Shown: positions 26,742 through 36,142 of the stretch, piece by piece | Position numbering within the stretch: position 1 is the first letter of the stretch | How the letters are laid out: each line of letters starts with the position of its first letter | Assembly (NCBI RefSeq): GCF_965204015.1 | Contig: NZ_OZ241965.1 | Span: 2,090,374-2,154,373 of the forward strand | Direction: 5' to 3' | Source: Candidatus Poriferisocius sp. | GTDB taxonomy: Bacteria; Actinomycetota; Acidimicrobiia; Acidimicrobiales; Bin134 | Length of the DNA stretch: 64,000 nucleotides | Program-made: the position numbers and the translations under genes | Notes under the pieces: model-generated | The model's input: only the letters and a program-made list of their open reading frames with translations | What the model was told of the DNA's origin: nothing | Databases searched by the model: none

Positions 26742-29702
26742 ATGAGCTGGCTACCGCGTTTCGTCGCCCTCTGCCTGGCCCTCGCCCTCATCGCAGCAGC
26801 CTGCGGCGGTGACGACGACCAGCCCGCCAGCCCGAGCACATCCACCCCCACCGCAGCGGAAACCGCCCAGCCCACCGGGCCGGCACCGACGCCTGCCGCC
26901 CCCGCTCGGCCCCCCGCTCCCACCGGCCCCACCTGCGACTGGCCAATGTGGGGCCACGGCATCGATCGCACTTTTTCCTACCCCTGCGACAGCGGAATCA
27001 ACCCCGACACCGCCGCCAGCCTGCGCCGCATCTGGTACTTCAACACCAGCGATGTGGTCACCGCCGCCCCGGTGGTGGTGGATGGCGTGCTGTACGTGGG
27101 CGACTGGGCCGGGCGGTTCTACGCCCTGAACGCCGCCGACGGCACCGAGCTCTGGCACTTCGACGCCGAGTACCACGACAACGTCTACGCCGGGCAGATC
27201 ACCTCGTCGGCCTCCTACACCGTCATTGGCGGCACCCCCGCGGTGGTGTTCAACGCCGGGCGCACCATCCACGCCCTGAACGCCGCCGACGGCACCGTGA
27301 TCTGGACCCACGCCCTGGGCGAGCCCGGCTGGCCCACCGAGCTGGAGACCACCCCCATCGTGGTGGAAGACCGCGTCATCGCCACCTTCGACACCCACAA
27401 TGCTCCCTTCCCCGCCGGGGTGGTGGCCGTGGGCCTGGCCACCGGCGAGCTGCTCTGGCACTTCGACCTCGAAGACGGCGACCACCGGGGTTGCGGGGGA
27501 GTGTGGGGCTCGCCGTCGGTCGATCTCGAGCGCCGCCTCATGTTCGCGGGCAGCGCAAACTGCCCCACCTCCCCCGACGGGTGGGGCCCCTACACCGAGG
27601 CCCTTTTCGCAGTGGACATCGACACCGGCGAGCCGGCCTGGAGCTTCCAGCCCCATCCCCCCAACAACGACGACTCCGACTTCTCCGGCGTCCCGGTGCT
27701 GTTCACTGCCGACGGCCAAGACCTCGTCGGCCTCGGCAACAAAGACGCCGTGTTCTACGTGGTGAACCGCGACACCGGCGAGCTGGTGTGGAAAACCCGG
27801 GCCACCGCCGACAACGTGATCCGCCCCAACTTCTCCAGCGGCGGCTTCATCGGCCCCGCCGCCTACGCGAACGGGATCATCGCCGGGGGCACCGGGGTGG
27901 CCGACTGCCCCTGCATGCACGCCTTCGACGCCGCCACCGGCGACATCGTCTGGCAGCAGCACGCCGTCGGCCCCACCTACTCGCCCACCACCGAGGTGAA
28001 CGGGGTGGTGTTCGTGGGCTCGCTCGATTTCACCCTGCGAGCCCTGCGCCTCGACAACGGCGACGTGCTTTGGTCCGACGAGCTCACCGGGCTCATCTCC
28101 GGGGGAGTGGCCATCGTGGGCGACGACATGTGGGCAGTGGCCGGCTTCCGAGAGCCGGGATCGGCCGGCCCGTCGGAGACCTCCGGCGTGTTCCGCTACA
28201 CCGTGGCCCCCGACGTGGAGGCCGCCGCCCAGACCGCCCCCGAACAAGAGCCCGAGCCCGAAGCGGGCCAAGTCCGCCTAGTGGGGGCGTCGGGCCGCTG
28301 CATCGACGCCCCTTGTGATGTGGGCTTCGACTTCAAAACCCCGCCGCCGGGCACCGACCCCATGCTCACCCTGTCGATCCACACCGACCCCTTCGAGCTC
28401 ACCGTCACCTCCAGCGGCCTGGGCGACCCCGCCGCCTGGCTCCGGGAGGGGAGCGCGGCCGCAGAAGTGGGCGCGTCGGCCTTCGGTGTACTGGTTTCCG
28501 AGCGCGACGACCGCCCCTCGGGCGGCTACCTGTGCGTGCTCGAAGAAGACGGCGGCTGCGTCGCCCGCACCGTGCCCCGCCCCGGTGCCTCCTACAACCG
28601 CATCAGCCTGCTGGCCCTGCACGACACCACTGCCATCCCCGGCCCCGCCGACGGCTTCGACCGCCTGGTGGCCAGCATCGGCTTCAACCCGCCGCTGCAA
28701 ACCGAGCCCCTAGACCCGCCCACCTACCTGGTGTTCAGCCCCCAGGGCAACAACCTGGTGGTATACGGCGACAACGGCGGCACCCAGCGGCTCATCACCA
28801 ACGCCCGTGAGGATCCCGACGGCCGCGACATCAACGGCCAGGTGTGCTTCACCGGCGACGGCCGATTCATTGCCGGCGAGGACACCGGCCAGCCCGAGAC
28901 CCCCGCCGGGTTCGGCATCTTCCAACTCGAGGGCGACACTCTCGGCAACCTCACCGCCACCCAGGTGGGCAAGCTCACCCCCGACTTCGAGTCGGCCGAC
29001 AGCCAGCCCGAGCCCTACGGCTGCGCTTTCTTGCTCGACGGTCGCCTGCTCACCACCGACGTGGGCAACCAGGCCTCCGGTCCCGGCACCGGCCAGCTCA
29101 CCGTGTGGTTCCCCCCGTACGACGGGGCCCGTTGCGTGGTGGCCGACGACATAGCCACCGCCCAGCAGCTGGCCGCCCACGGCAACGACGTGCTGGTGGC
29201 CTCGGCCCGCCCGCCCACCATCGGGGTTCAGCGCTTTTCTAATCTGCCCCGCACCGCTGAGGAGTGCGACCCCGACGCGGTCACCGTCGAGCTGTTCATC
29301 GGCGTCGGCGACGGGCTGACTCTCACCACCGGCGTCGCCGCCGACCGCAGTGGCGGATGGTACGTGTCCGACACTCTCACCGGTGTCATCAACCAGTACG
29401 ACGGCAACGGCAACTACGTCCGCACCGTGCTGGCCCCGCCCGAAGGCGAGACGCTGGCCCTGGAGCCGATGAGCACCGGATCGCCGCTGGGCATCGCCGT
29501 GGGGCTCGACGGCACCCTCTACTACGCCGACCTGGCCCTGGTCTTCAACGACTCGGGCATCGGCCCCGCCTCCAGACAGGGCACCGTGCGCCGCATCCTC
29601 TTCGACGAAGACAACCAGCCCCTGCCCCCCGAGACCATCGACTACGGCCTCTCTTTCCCCGACGGCCTCGGCGTCCTGCCCTTGCCGTCAACCTCGCCGT
29701 GA
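26742..29702 (+). CDS. large lipoprotein with a PQQ/BamB-like beta-propeller and C-terminal NHL/SMP-30-like repeats
   Basis: It has the lipobox 'LIAAACGG'. The N-terminal half has repeated blades of the type 'VLYVGDWAGRFYALNAADGTELW'. The C-terminal part has 'LGIAVGLDGTLYYADL' type blades. ATG 26742 is chosen. Confidence 0.8.
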   Translation: MSWLPRFVALCLALALIAAACGGDDDQPASPSTSTPTAAETAQPTGPAPTPAAPARPPAPTGPTCDWPMWGHGIDRTFSYPCDSGINPDTAASLRRIWYFNTSDVVTAAPVVVDGVLYVGDWAGRFYALNAADGTELWHFDAEYHDNVYAGQITSSASYTVIGGTPAVVFNAGRTIHALNAADGTVIWTHALGEPGWPTELETTPIVVEDRVIATFDTHNAPFPAGVVAVGLATGELLWHFDLEDGDHRGCGGVWGSPSVDLERRLMFAGSANCPTSPDGWGPYTEALFAVDIDTGEPAWSFQPHPPNNDDSDFSGVPVLFTADGQDLVGLGNKDAVFYVVNRDTGELVWKTRATADNVIRPNFSSGGFIGPAAYANGIIAGGTGVADCPCMHAFDAATGDIVWQQHAVGPTYSPTTEVNGVVFVGSLDFTLRALRLDNGDVLWSDELTGLISGGVAIVGDDMWAVAGFREPGSAGPSETSGVFRYTVAPDVEAAAQTAPEQEPEPEAGQVRLVGASGRCIDAPCDVGFDFKTPPPGTDPMLTLSIHTDPFELTVTSSGLGDPAAWLREGSAAAEVGASAFGVLVSERDDRPSGGYLCVLEEDGGCVARTVPRPGASYNRISLLALHDTTAIPGPADGFDRLVASIGFNPPLQTEPLDPPTYLVFSPQGNNLVVYGDNGGTQRLITNAREDPDGRDINGQVCFTGDGRFIAGEDTGQPETPAGFGIFQLEGDTLGNLTATQVGKLTPDFESADSQPEPYGCAFLLDGRLLTTDVGNQASGPGTGQLTVWFPPYDGARCVVADDIATAQQLAAHGNDVLVASARPPTIGVQRFSNLPRTAEECDPDAVTVELFIGVGDGLTLTTGVAADRSGGWYVSDTLTGVINQYDGNGNYVRTVLAPPEGETLALEPMSTGSPLGIAVGLDGTLYYADLALVFNDSGIGPASRQGTVRRILFDEDNQPLPPETIDYGLSFPDGLGVLPLPSTSP

Positions 29703-29736
29703 GCCACATCGGGTTCTTGGCCTACGATGCCCGCTG

Positions 29737-29940
29737 ATGCGCATTCGAGTGGACACCGAGCTCTGCCAAGGGCACGGGCGCTGCTACATGCTGGCCCCCG
29801 ACCTGTTCGAGGCCGACGACGACGGCTACTCCCAGCCCACCGATGAGCGCGCCGTGCCCGCCGAATTGGCCGACCAGGCCCGCCGAGCATTCATGAACTG
29901 CCCCGAAGACGCCGTCATTCTTACCGAGGAGACCTCATGA
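29737..29940 (+). CDS. small ferredoxin (3Fe-4S type, P450 redox partner)
   Basis: It is 67 aa with the cluster motif 'CQGHGRC...CP'. An ATGA overlap links it to the downstream P450. Confidence 0.85.
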   Translation: MRIRVDTELCQGHGRCYMLAPDLFEADDDGYSQPTDERAVPAELADQARRAFMNCPEDAVILTEETS

Positions 29941-31118
29941 CCGACGCCGCCCCCGACTCCCACTACACGCTGGAGCGCCCCGAAGAAGCCGTAGATCCAC
30001 AAAGCATCTACCGGGACCTGCGCGACAACACCCCGGTCGTCCAGCTGTCCGGGCGGTCCACCACGGGCACGCTCACCATTTCCCGCCACGAAGATGTGAT
30101 GAGGGCCCTGCGCACCCCCGAGTTGTTCTCCTCCGACTCCTCCGCAGTCCAAATTGGCAACACCCGGCCCCTGGTGCCCCTGCAAGTCGACCCGCCCCAC
30201 CACAGCAAGCACCGAAAGGCGCTCGACCCGCTGTTCGCCCCCAAGCAGATGGTCAAGTACGAACCCCGGGTGCGGGAGCTGATCCGAGAGCTCATCGACG
30301 ATGTGGCCGACAACGGCCACTGCAACTTCCACAACGACATCGCCGAGCCCCTGCCCTCCACCATCTTCGTGGAGCTGCTGGGCCTGCCGGTCAGCCGGGT
30401 GAACGAGTTCCTGGCCCTCAAAGACGGCATCATCCGCCCACCGGCCCGTTCCCTGGAAGAGCGCTATGAGATGGTGAAGGCCACCGGCCAGAAGATCTAC
30501 GCCGTGCTCGAAGAGGTGGTGGAGGCCCGCATGGAAGAGCGCCAAGACGACTTCTTGTCCACCATCATCGACGCCAAGGTCGACGGCCAGCCCCTCAGCC
30601 GCGACGACGTGGTCGACATCGGCTACCTGTTCTTCCTGGCCGGACTCGACACCGTTTCGGCCTCGCTGGACTGCATCGTGGCCTACTTGGCCCAGAATCC
30701 CGACCACCGCCAGCGCGTGGCCGACGACCCGGCCATCATCCCCCATGCCATTGAGGAGTTGCTGCGCTACGAGAGCCCGGTTCCCATCGTGCCCCGCATC
30801 ACCACAGCCGACACCGAGATGAGCGGATGCCCCATCGCTGAGGGCTCCCGCATCACCGTACTGCTCGGCTCGGCCAACACCGACGAGCGGGTGTGGGACA
30901 ACCCCGACCAGGTTGACTTCGACCGGGAGTCGAACAAGCACTTGGGCTTCGGCGGCGGTGTCCACCGCTGCCTGGGCTCCCATCTGGCCCGCATGGAGCT
31001 TCGGGTGGCGCTGGAGGAGTGGCACGCCCGGGTGCCCGACTACCGCCTGGCCGACGGCCTCGAGCTGAGGTACAGCCCCGGCATCCGCCAAGTCGACAAC
31101 CTGGAGCTGGTCTGGTGA
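29937..31118 (+). CDS. cytochrome P450
   Basis: It has the heme loop 'FGGGVHRCLGSHLA' and the ExxR motif 'ELLRYESP'. Confidence 0.9.
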   Translation: MTDAAPDSHYTLERPEEAVDPQSIYRDLRDNTPVVQLSGRSTTGTLTISRHEDVMRALRTPELFSSDSSAVQIGNTRPLVPLQVDPPHHSKHRKALDPLFAPKQMVKYEPRVRELIRELIDDVADNGHCNFHNDIAEPLPSTIFVELLGLPVSRVNEFLALKDGIIRPPARSLEERYEMVKATGQKIYAVLEEVVEARMEERQDDFLSTIIDAKVDGQPLSRDDVVDIGYLFFLAGLDTVSASLDCIVAYLAQNPDHRQRVADDPAIIPHAIEELLRYESPVPIVPRITTADTEMSGCPIAEGSRITVLLGSANTDERVWDNPDQVDFDRESNKHLGFGGGVHRCLGSHLARMELRVALEEWHARVPDYRLADGLELRYSPGIRQVDNLELVW

Positions 31119-32356
31119 GCGACAGCTCCGGCCCGCCCAGCCGCCCCCTGGAAGGCGTCCGGGTGGTCGAGGTGGCTAGCTGGATGTTCATCCCTTCTGG
31201 GGGGTCGGTGCTGGTCGACTGGGGTGCCGACGTCATCAAGGTGGAGCACCCGGTGACCGGCGACCCCCAGCGGGGCCTCATCACTTCCGGGCTCGTCCCC
31301 GGCGGTGCGGGCGGCGTCAACTTCATGATCGAGCAGCCCAACCGGGGCAAGCGCTCCATCGGCTTGAACCTGGCCCATCCCGACGGCCGGGAGATGCTGC
31401 TCAAGCTGGTGGAGACCGCTGATGTGTTCCTCACCAACTACATGCCCCCGGTGCGCCGCAAGCTCCGCATCGACACCGAGGATCTACGCGAGCGCAACCC
31501 CCAGATCATCATCGCCCGGGGCTCGGGCCAGGGGCCCCACGGCCCCGACGCCGAAAAGGGCGGCTACGACGGCGCCTCCTTCTGGGCCCGGGGCGGCATG
31601 GGCGCCACCCTCCCGGCCCGGCCCGACGGCTGGCCCATGAGCCAGCCCGCCCCCGCCTTCGGCGACGTCATGGGCGGCATGGCCACCGCCGGCGCCATCG
31701 CCGCGGCCCTCTACCAGCGGGCCGCCACCGGGGAGCCGTCGGTGATCGACGTGTCGCTGCTGGCCACCGCCATGTGGCAGCTCTCGCCCCTGGTGATCGC
31801 GGCCAAGCTCTTCGGCATGGACCGGCTCCCCGCCGGCGACCGCACCAAGATGGTCAACCCCGTGGTGAACGCCTACCGCACGTCCGACGACCGCTATCTC
31901 AGCTTCATCCTGCTCCAAGCCGACAAGCACTGGCCCCAGCTCTGCGAGTGCATCGGCCGCCCCGAGCTGGCCACCGACCCCCGATTCGTCGACATGGCCG
32001 CCCGAGCCGAGAACAACGAGGCCTGCATCGCCATCCTCGACGAGGTGTTCGAGTCCCAGCCCCTGTCGTACTGGAAAGAGGCCTTGGCCGACTTCAAAGG
32101 CGTGTGGGTCCCGTTCCAAACGCTCAACGAGCTCTACGAAGACCCCCAGGTCATCGCCAATGGCTACCTCCCCGCCATGACCACCGGCACCGGCCAAGAG
32201 GTCCAGCTGGTGGCCAACCCCGCCATGTTCAACGAGCAGCCCGTGTCCGTGGACCGCGCCCCCGAGCACGGCGAGCACACCGAAACACTCCTCCTAGAAG
32301 CAGGAATCCCCTGGGACGACATCGCCGCCATGAAAGAATCCGGGGCGATCCTCTAG
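31115..32356 (+). CDS. family III (CaiB/BaiF) CoA-transferase
   Basis: It has the N-terminus 'GVRVVEVASWMFIPSGGSVLVDWGADVIKVE'. GTG 31115 overlaps the P450 stop (GTGA). Confidence 0.9.
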   Translation: MSDSSGPPSRPLEGVRVVEVASWMFIPSGGSVLVDWGADVIKVEHPVTGDPQRGLITSGLVPGGAGGVNFMIEQPNRGKRSIGLNLAHPDGREMLLKLVETADVFLTNYMPPVRRKLRIDTEDLRERNPQIIIARGSGQGPHGPDAEKGGYDGASFWARGGMGATLPARPDGWPMSQPAPAFGDVMGGMATAGAIAAALYQRAATGEPSVIDVSLLATAMWQLSPLVIAAKLFGMDRLPAGDRTKMVNPVVNAYRTSDDRYLSFILLQADKHWPQLCECIGRPELATDPRFVDMAARAENNEACIAILDEVFESQPLSYWKEALADFKGVWVPFQTLNELYEDPQVIANGYLPAMTTGTGQEVQLVANPAMFNEQPVSVDRAPEHGEHTETLLLEAGIPWDDIAAMKESGAIL

Positions 32357-32778
32357 GTCCAAACCGCCAGCACGAGGCCGATCACCGCGTAGGAAATCAG
32401 CGGATAGCCGGAGTTGATGGCCAGCAGCTTCAGGCTGCGGCCCTCGAAGGCGTAGTTCACTCCGTGTGAGGTGACCACGAACCCCACTGCGGCCAGCACT
32501 CCCAGGCCGAGGCCCTCACCTGCGTTGTCGGCCTCCATGCCCTGCACCAACAGCGCCAGCCCAAGGGTGAACACAATGGCCAGCACGATGGCGATGACAT
32601 ACGGGTACCACTGCCGGGGTGTGCCCTTCATGCCCTCGATGTCCTCTTGGGTCATCCCGGTCTCGGCCATCCACGGCTTGGCGAAGGTGCCGTACCAGAA
32701 GGCCCCGAGCAGTTGGTTGAACACTACGGCGACCAGGATCGCCAGATAGTTCAGATCGCCGAAATCGATGTTGTCCAT
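32353..32778 (-). CDS. DUF1761-like membrane protein
   Basis: The N-terminus 'LNYLAILVAVVFNQLLGAFWYGTFAKPWM' matches the family pattern as I recall it. It has 4 TM segments. Confidence 0.7.
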   Translation of the reverse strand: MDNIDFGDLNYLAILVAVVFNQLLGAFWYGTFAKPWMAETGMTQEDIEGMKGTPRQWYPYVIAIVLAIVFTLGLALLVQGMEADNAGEGLGLGVLAAVGFVVTSHGVNYAFEGRSLKLLAINSGYPLISYAVIGLVLAVWT

Positions 32779-32792
32779 GCCCCCATACTGCC

Positions 32793-33629
32793 CTAATCGC
32801 CGAACAACGCGTCGGCGATGGCGGCGGCAATTAGGGGTGGGTCTTGGAGGGGGCCGAAGTGGGTCAGGTTGTCGTAGCGAATCAGCGTGCTATTGGGAAG
32901 TTGCTCGCCCACCAGGGGGGCGGCCATGGCCGGCGGATCGGTGTCGGTGCCCACCGCCACCGTGACCGCGGTGGTCACCTCCACCAGCCGGGGAAACCCC
33001 TCCAAGTCGGGGTTCTCGAAGATTGTCGCCTCGGTGTCGGGCGCGCACTTCAGCTCAACGGTGCCGTCGGGCAGATCCCGAAGCCCGTGGTCCACATAGG
33101 CCCGAAGCGCCTCGGGGGCGAACAGGCTCAGCGGCGGCTTGGAGGCGTAGCGGTCATAGGCCGCTTGGCGAGACTCGAATTCCGCCCGCCGCATCCGGGC
33201 GATAGCCGCCAGCATGTTCACGCCGTCTCGGGGAACAGTCCGGCCCGGAATAGTCACCGGCTCGAACACCCAGGCCCGGTCGAAGGTCCCCGGCCGGGCC
33301 TGCTCGGCCTTCAGGATCGACGCCCCGCCCAGCGAGTGGCCCGCCGCCAGCCGAGGAGTGGGATCGAGCGCGTCCACCGCGGCCAGCACGTCGTCGGCCA
33401 TGCCGTTCCAGTCGTAGTCCTCATCGGGGCCCGACACGCTGTTGCCGTGGCCCCGGAAGTCCAGCGCCCAGCAGTGGGCCACCGATGCCAATTCCCGAGC
33501 CACCGGCTGCCACATCGGCCCGCAGAACCCGTTGGCATGGCAGAACAGCACCGTCGGCCCGTTGCCCCCCAGGTCGTGCAGCGCCACCCGAGCGCCCTTG
33601 GTCGAGTCAATCAGCATCGGGCCGCTCAT
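32793..33629 (-). CDS. alpha/beta hydrolase
   Basis: It has the nucleophile elbow 'GHSLGG' and the motif 'VLFCHANG'. ATG 33629 (or 33617) is chosen because the track start at 33854 is a run-on. Confidence 0.8.
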   Translation of the reverse strand: MSGPMLIDSTKGARVALHDLGGNGPTVLFCHANGFCGPMWQPVARELASVAHCWALDFRGHGNSVSGPDEDYDWNGMADDVLAAVDALDPTPRLAAGHSLGGASILKAEQARPGTFDRAWVFEPVTIPGRTVPRDGVNMLAAIARMRRAEFESRQAAYDRYASKPPLSLFAPEALRAYVDHGLRDLPDGTVELKCAPDTEATIFENPDLEGFPRLVEVTTAVTVAVGTDTDPPAMAAPLVGEQLPNSTLIRYDNLTHFGPLQDPPLIAAAIADALFGD

Positions 33630-33693
33630 GGCCGAAGAACTGTGGTCGCTGCGGTAAGAGCACACATCGGCCCGCAGGTTACGGTTGGCGGCC

Positions 33694-34521
33694 ATGAGCG
33701 ACAACATCGTCCTGATCGACAACCCCCGCCCCCATGTGCGGCGCGTCACCATGAACCGCCCCGAGAAGCGCAACAGCCTCATCCACCCGTTGCGAGGGGC
33801 CGTTCTCGAAGCGCTGGAAGAGGCCGACCGAGACGACGACGTCAAGGTGAGCATCGTCTGCGGCGCCGGCCCGTCATTCTCCGCCGGCTACGACCTCAGC
33901 GGGGGGAACGAAGGCTATGAGCTGCCCTTCTATACCCCCGGCGGCGAGGGCCAATGGCCCCGCCACGTGACCGAGGGCTGGATGAGCATATGGGATCTGG
34001 CCAAGCCGGTCATCGCCCAGGTTCACGGCTACTGCCTGGCCGGGGGCAGCGAGCTGGCCACCGGCTGCGATCTGGTCTACATGGCCGAAGACGCCAAGAT
34101 GGGCTATCCCGCCGTGCGCTTCGGCGTGCCCGACATGCACTTCCACCCCTGGTTCTTGGGCATGCGCAAGGCCATGGAGATGATGCTCACCGGCGATTAC
34201 GTGACCGGCGTCGAGGCCGTGGAGCGAGGCTGGGCCAATGCCTGCTATCCCGAGGACGAATTGGAAGACGCCGTGCTGGAGGTGGCCGAGCGCATCGCCC
34301 AGGTGCCCGCCGAGCTGCTCCAGATGAACAAGCGGGTGGTCCACCGCCAGATGGAGCACATGGGCATGCGGGCCGGCATCCGGGCCGGCACCGAGCTGTG
34401 CGCGCTGGGCACCCACACCCAGGCCATGGCCGACTTCGTGGGCTCCATCAAGAAGAAGGGCCTCACCACCACCCTCTCTGAGCGCGACTCCAAGTTCGGC
34501 GACTACCGCACCAGCCACTGA
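33694..34521 (+). CDS. enoyl-CoA hydratase/isomerase family
   Basis: It has the motifs 'VTMNRPEKRNSL' and 'PSFSAGYDLS'. The start is ATG 33694 (track TTG 33685 is also possible). Confidence 0.9.
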   Translation: MSDNIVLIDNPRPHVRRVTMNRPEKRNSLIHPLRGAVLEALEEADRDDDVKVSIVCGAGPSFSAGYDLSGGNEGYELPFYTPGGEGQWPRHVTEGWMSIWDLAKPVIAQVHGYCLAGGSELATGCDLVYMAEDAKMGYPAVRFGVPDMHFHPWFLGMRKAMEMMLTGDYVTGVEAVERGWANACYPEDELEDAVLEVAERIAQVPAELLQMNKRVVHRQMEHMGMRAGIRAGTELCALGTHTQAMADFVGSIKKKGLTTTLSERDSKFGDYRTSH

Positions 34522-34582
34522 CCTGCGCGACGGAGGCAACTTCGTTAGATTGTCGGCACAACCAATGAGGGGGGAGACCTTC

Positions 34583-36112
34583 ATGACTGCTCGTTTATGG
34601 AGAATCTTGGTTGCGGTGCTGGCCGCGCTGGCCCTGATGGCGACGGCCTGCGGCAACGCCGGAGACGACGACGAGGGCGGTGCCCCCGCAGCCACTGCGG
34701 CCCCCGCTGCCACGGAGGCGCCTGACGACGAGCCCGCCCCCGCCCCCGAGGAATCCGACGAGGAGCCCGCCCCCGCCCCCGAGGAGGCGCCTGACGACGA
34801 GCCCGCCCCCGCCCCCGAGGAATCCGACGAGGAGCCCGGAGCCGACCCTGAGCCAGAGCCAGAGCCCGAGGAGCCCAAAGACCCCGAGCACCGCCATACC
34901 TTCGTGCCCATCGAGGGCGTCCCCGGCGTGAACGACGACGAGATCAAGGTCACCTCCATCGTCACCATCAGCAACAACGCGCTCGGCACCAACATCGCCG
35001 CCTACAACGACGGCATCGAGGCCTACTTCAACTTCATCAACGACACCGGCGGCATCTACGGCCGCGAGCTGGTGCTAGCCAACAAGCGCGACGATCAACT
35101 CTTCCAAAACCAGGCCCAGTCATTGGCCATGGTGGAAGAGGACGACTCGCTGGCCGCCTTTGTGGCTACCCTGCTGTTCTTCGGCGCCGACACCCTCAAC
35201 GACGCCGGAGTGCCCACCTTCGGCTGGAACATCCACAACGAGTTCGCCGACCGCCGCAACATTTTCGGCAACATCGCCCCGAGCTGCATCGGCTGCATCC
35301 ACCAGCTGTTCCCCTACGTCGGCGTTCAGGTGGGGGCAACCAAGGCGGGAGTATTCGGCTACGGCAACAGCGAGAACTCCAAGGTCTGCGCCGAGGGCAC
35401 CCGAGACTCAATCGAGCACTACAGCGCCGAGGCAGGCGGGATGACGGTGGAGTTCTTCGACACCTCCATCGAGTTCGGCATGGCCGGCGGCATCGCCCCG
35501 CAGGTGTCGGAGATGAAGGACAAGGGCGTCGACATCATCTTCACCTGCCTCGACCTCAACGGCATGCGCACCATCGCCCAAGAGCTGGTCAAGCAGGACT
35601 ACCGCGACCAGGTGATCATGTACCACCCCAACACCTACAACCACGAGTTCGTGGCCGCCAACGCCGAGCTGTTCGAGGGCGACCTGGTGTTCGTCCAGTT
35701 CGTGCCGTTCGAGGCCGAGATCGACAGTGAGCTCCAGCGGAGGTTCTTCGAGTTCACCGCCGATCTCAAGCTCGAAGAACAGACCATTGTCGGCTGGCTC
35801 AACGCCCACCTGTTCTACGAGGGCCTGCTGGCCGCTGGCCCCGAGTTCGACCGGGCCTCTTTGGTCGACGCGGTACGCGGCTTCGACGACTACAGCCACG
35901 ACGGCTTGACCAACCCGATCGACTTCAGCCGCCAGATCGCCCTGCCCAACACCAACCCCGACGCCGACTACGAATATCGCTGCATCAACGCCGTCAAGAT
36001 TGTCGACGGCGCATTCGAGCAATGGACCGGCGAACCCGGCGAACCCTGGGAGTGCTGGGAGGTTGTCCGGGAAGACTGGCACGATCCCGAGGCCTTCACG
36101 TTTGTGAACTGA
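34583..36112 (+). CDS. ABC transporter substrate-binding lipoprotein (Liv/branched-chain amino-acid type) with a repetitive acidic tether
   Basis: It has the lipobox 'LMATACGN', followed by an (APDDEPAPAPEESDEEP)-type linker and a type I periplasmic-binding fold. A GGGGGGAG Shine-Dalgarno precedes ATG 34583. Confidence 0.85.
   Translation: MTARLWRILVAVLAALALMATACGNAGDDDEGGAPAATAAPAATEAPDDEPAPAPEESDEEPAPAPEEAPDDEPAPAPEESDEEPGADPEPEPEPEEPKDPEHRHTFVPIEGVPGVNDDEIKVTSIVTISNNALGTNIAAYNDGIEAYFNFINDTGGIYGRELVLANKRDDQLFQNQAQSLAMVEEDDSLAAFVATLLFFGADTLNDAGVPTFGWNIHNEFADRRNIFGNIAPSCIGCIHQLFPYVGVQVGATKAGVFGYGNSENSKVCAEGTRDSIEHYSAEAGGMTVEFFDTSIEFGMAGGIAPQVSEMKDKGVDIIFTCLDLNGMRTIAQELVKQDYRDQVIMYHPNTYNHEFVAANAELFEGDLVFVQFVPFEAEIDSELQRRFFEFTADLKLEEQTIVGWLNAHLFYEGLLAAGPEFDRASLVDAVRGFDDYSHDGLTNPIDFSRQIALPNTNPDADYEYRCINAVKIVDGAFEQWTGEPGEPWECWEVVREDWHDPEAFTFVN
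34715..34837 (+). repeat. 69-bp tandem repeat, about 1.8 copies, in-frame in the lipoprotein tether
   Basis: Copy 1 spans 34715-34783. Copy 2 starts at 34784 and is identical for 54 nt by hand comparison. Confidence 0.85.
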
Positions 36113-36142
36113 AGGTCCTACTGAGCGGAGGCTGAGCCGACG

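Noticed and set aside
26751-28271. 506-aa minus-strand ORF, and similar ones at 46864..48465 -, 60291..62159 -, 36650..38077 -, 39747..40802 - and 42838..44031 +
   Set aside because: They are antisense or off-frame to well-supported genes (propeller lipoprotein, lhr, CoA-transferase, permeases, P450), and their products are low-complexity.
34680-34900. Periodic repeats considered as a possible CRISPR array or VNTR (also at 42270-42360)
   Set aside because: The units are contiguous with no spacers, in-frame, and encode Pro/Asp/Glu linkers. They are reported as coding tandem repeats instead.
33874-34995. 373-aa minus-strand ORF with SGAGAGSSS repeats
   Set aside because: The repeats are the reverse complement of the lipoprotein tether repeat. 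The ORF also overlaps the enoyl-CoA hydratase gene.
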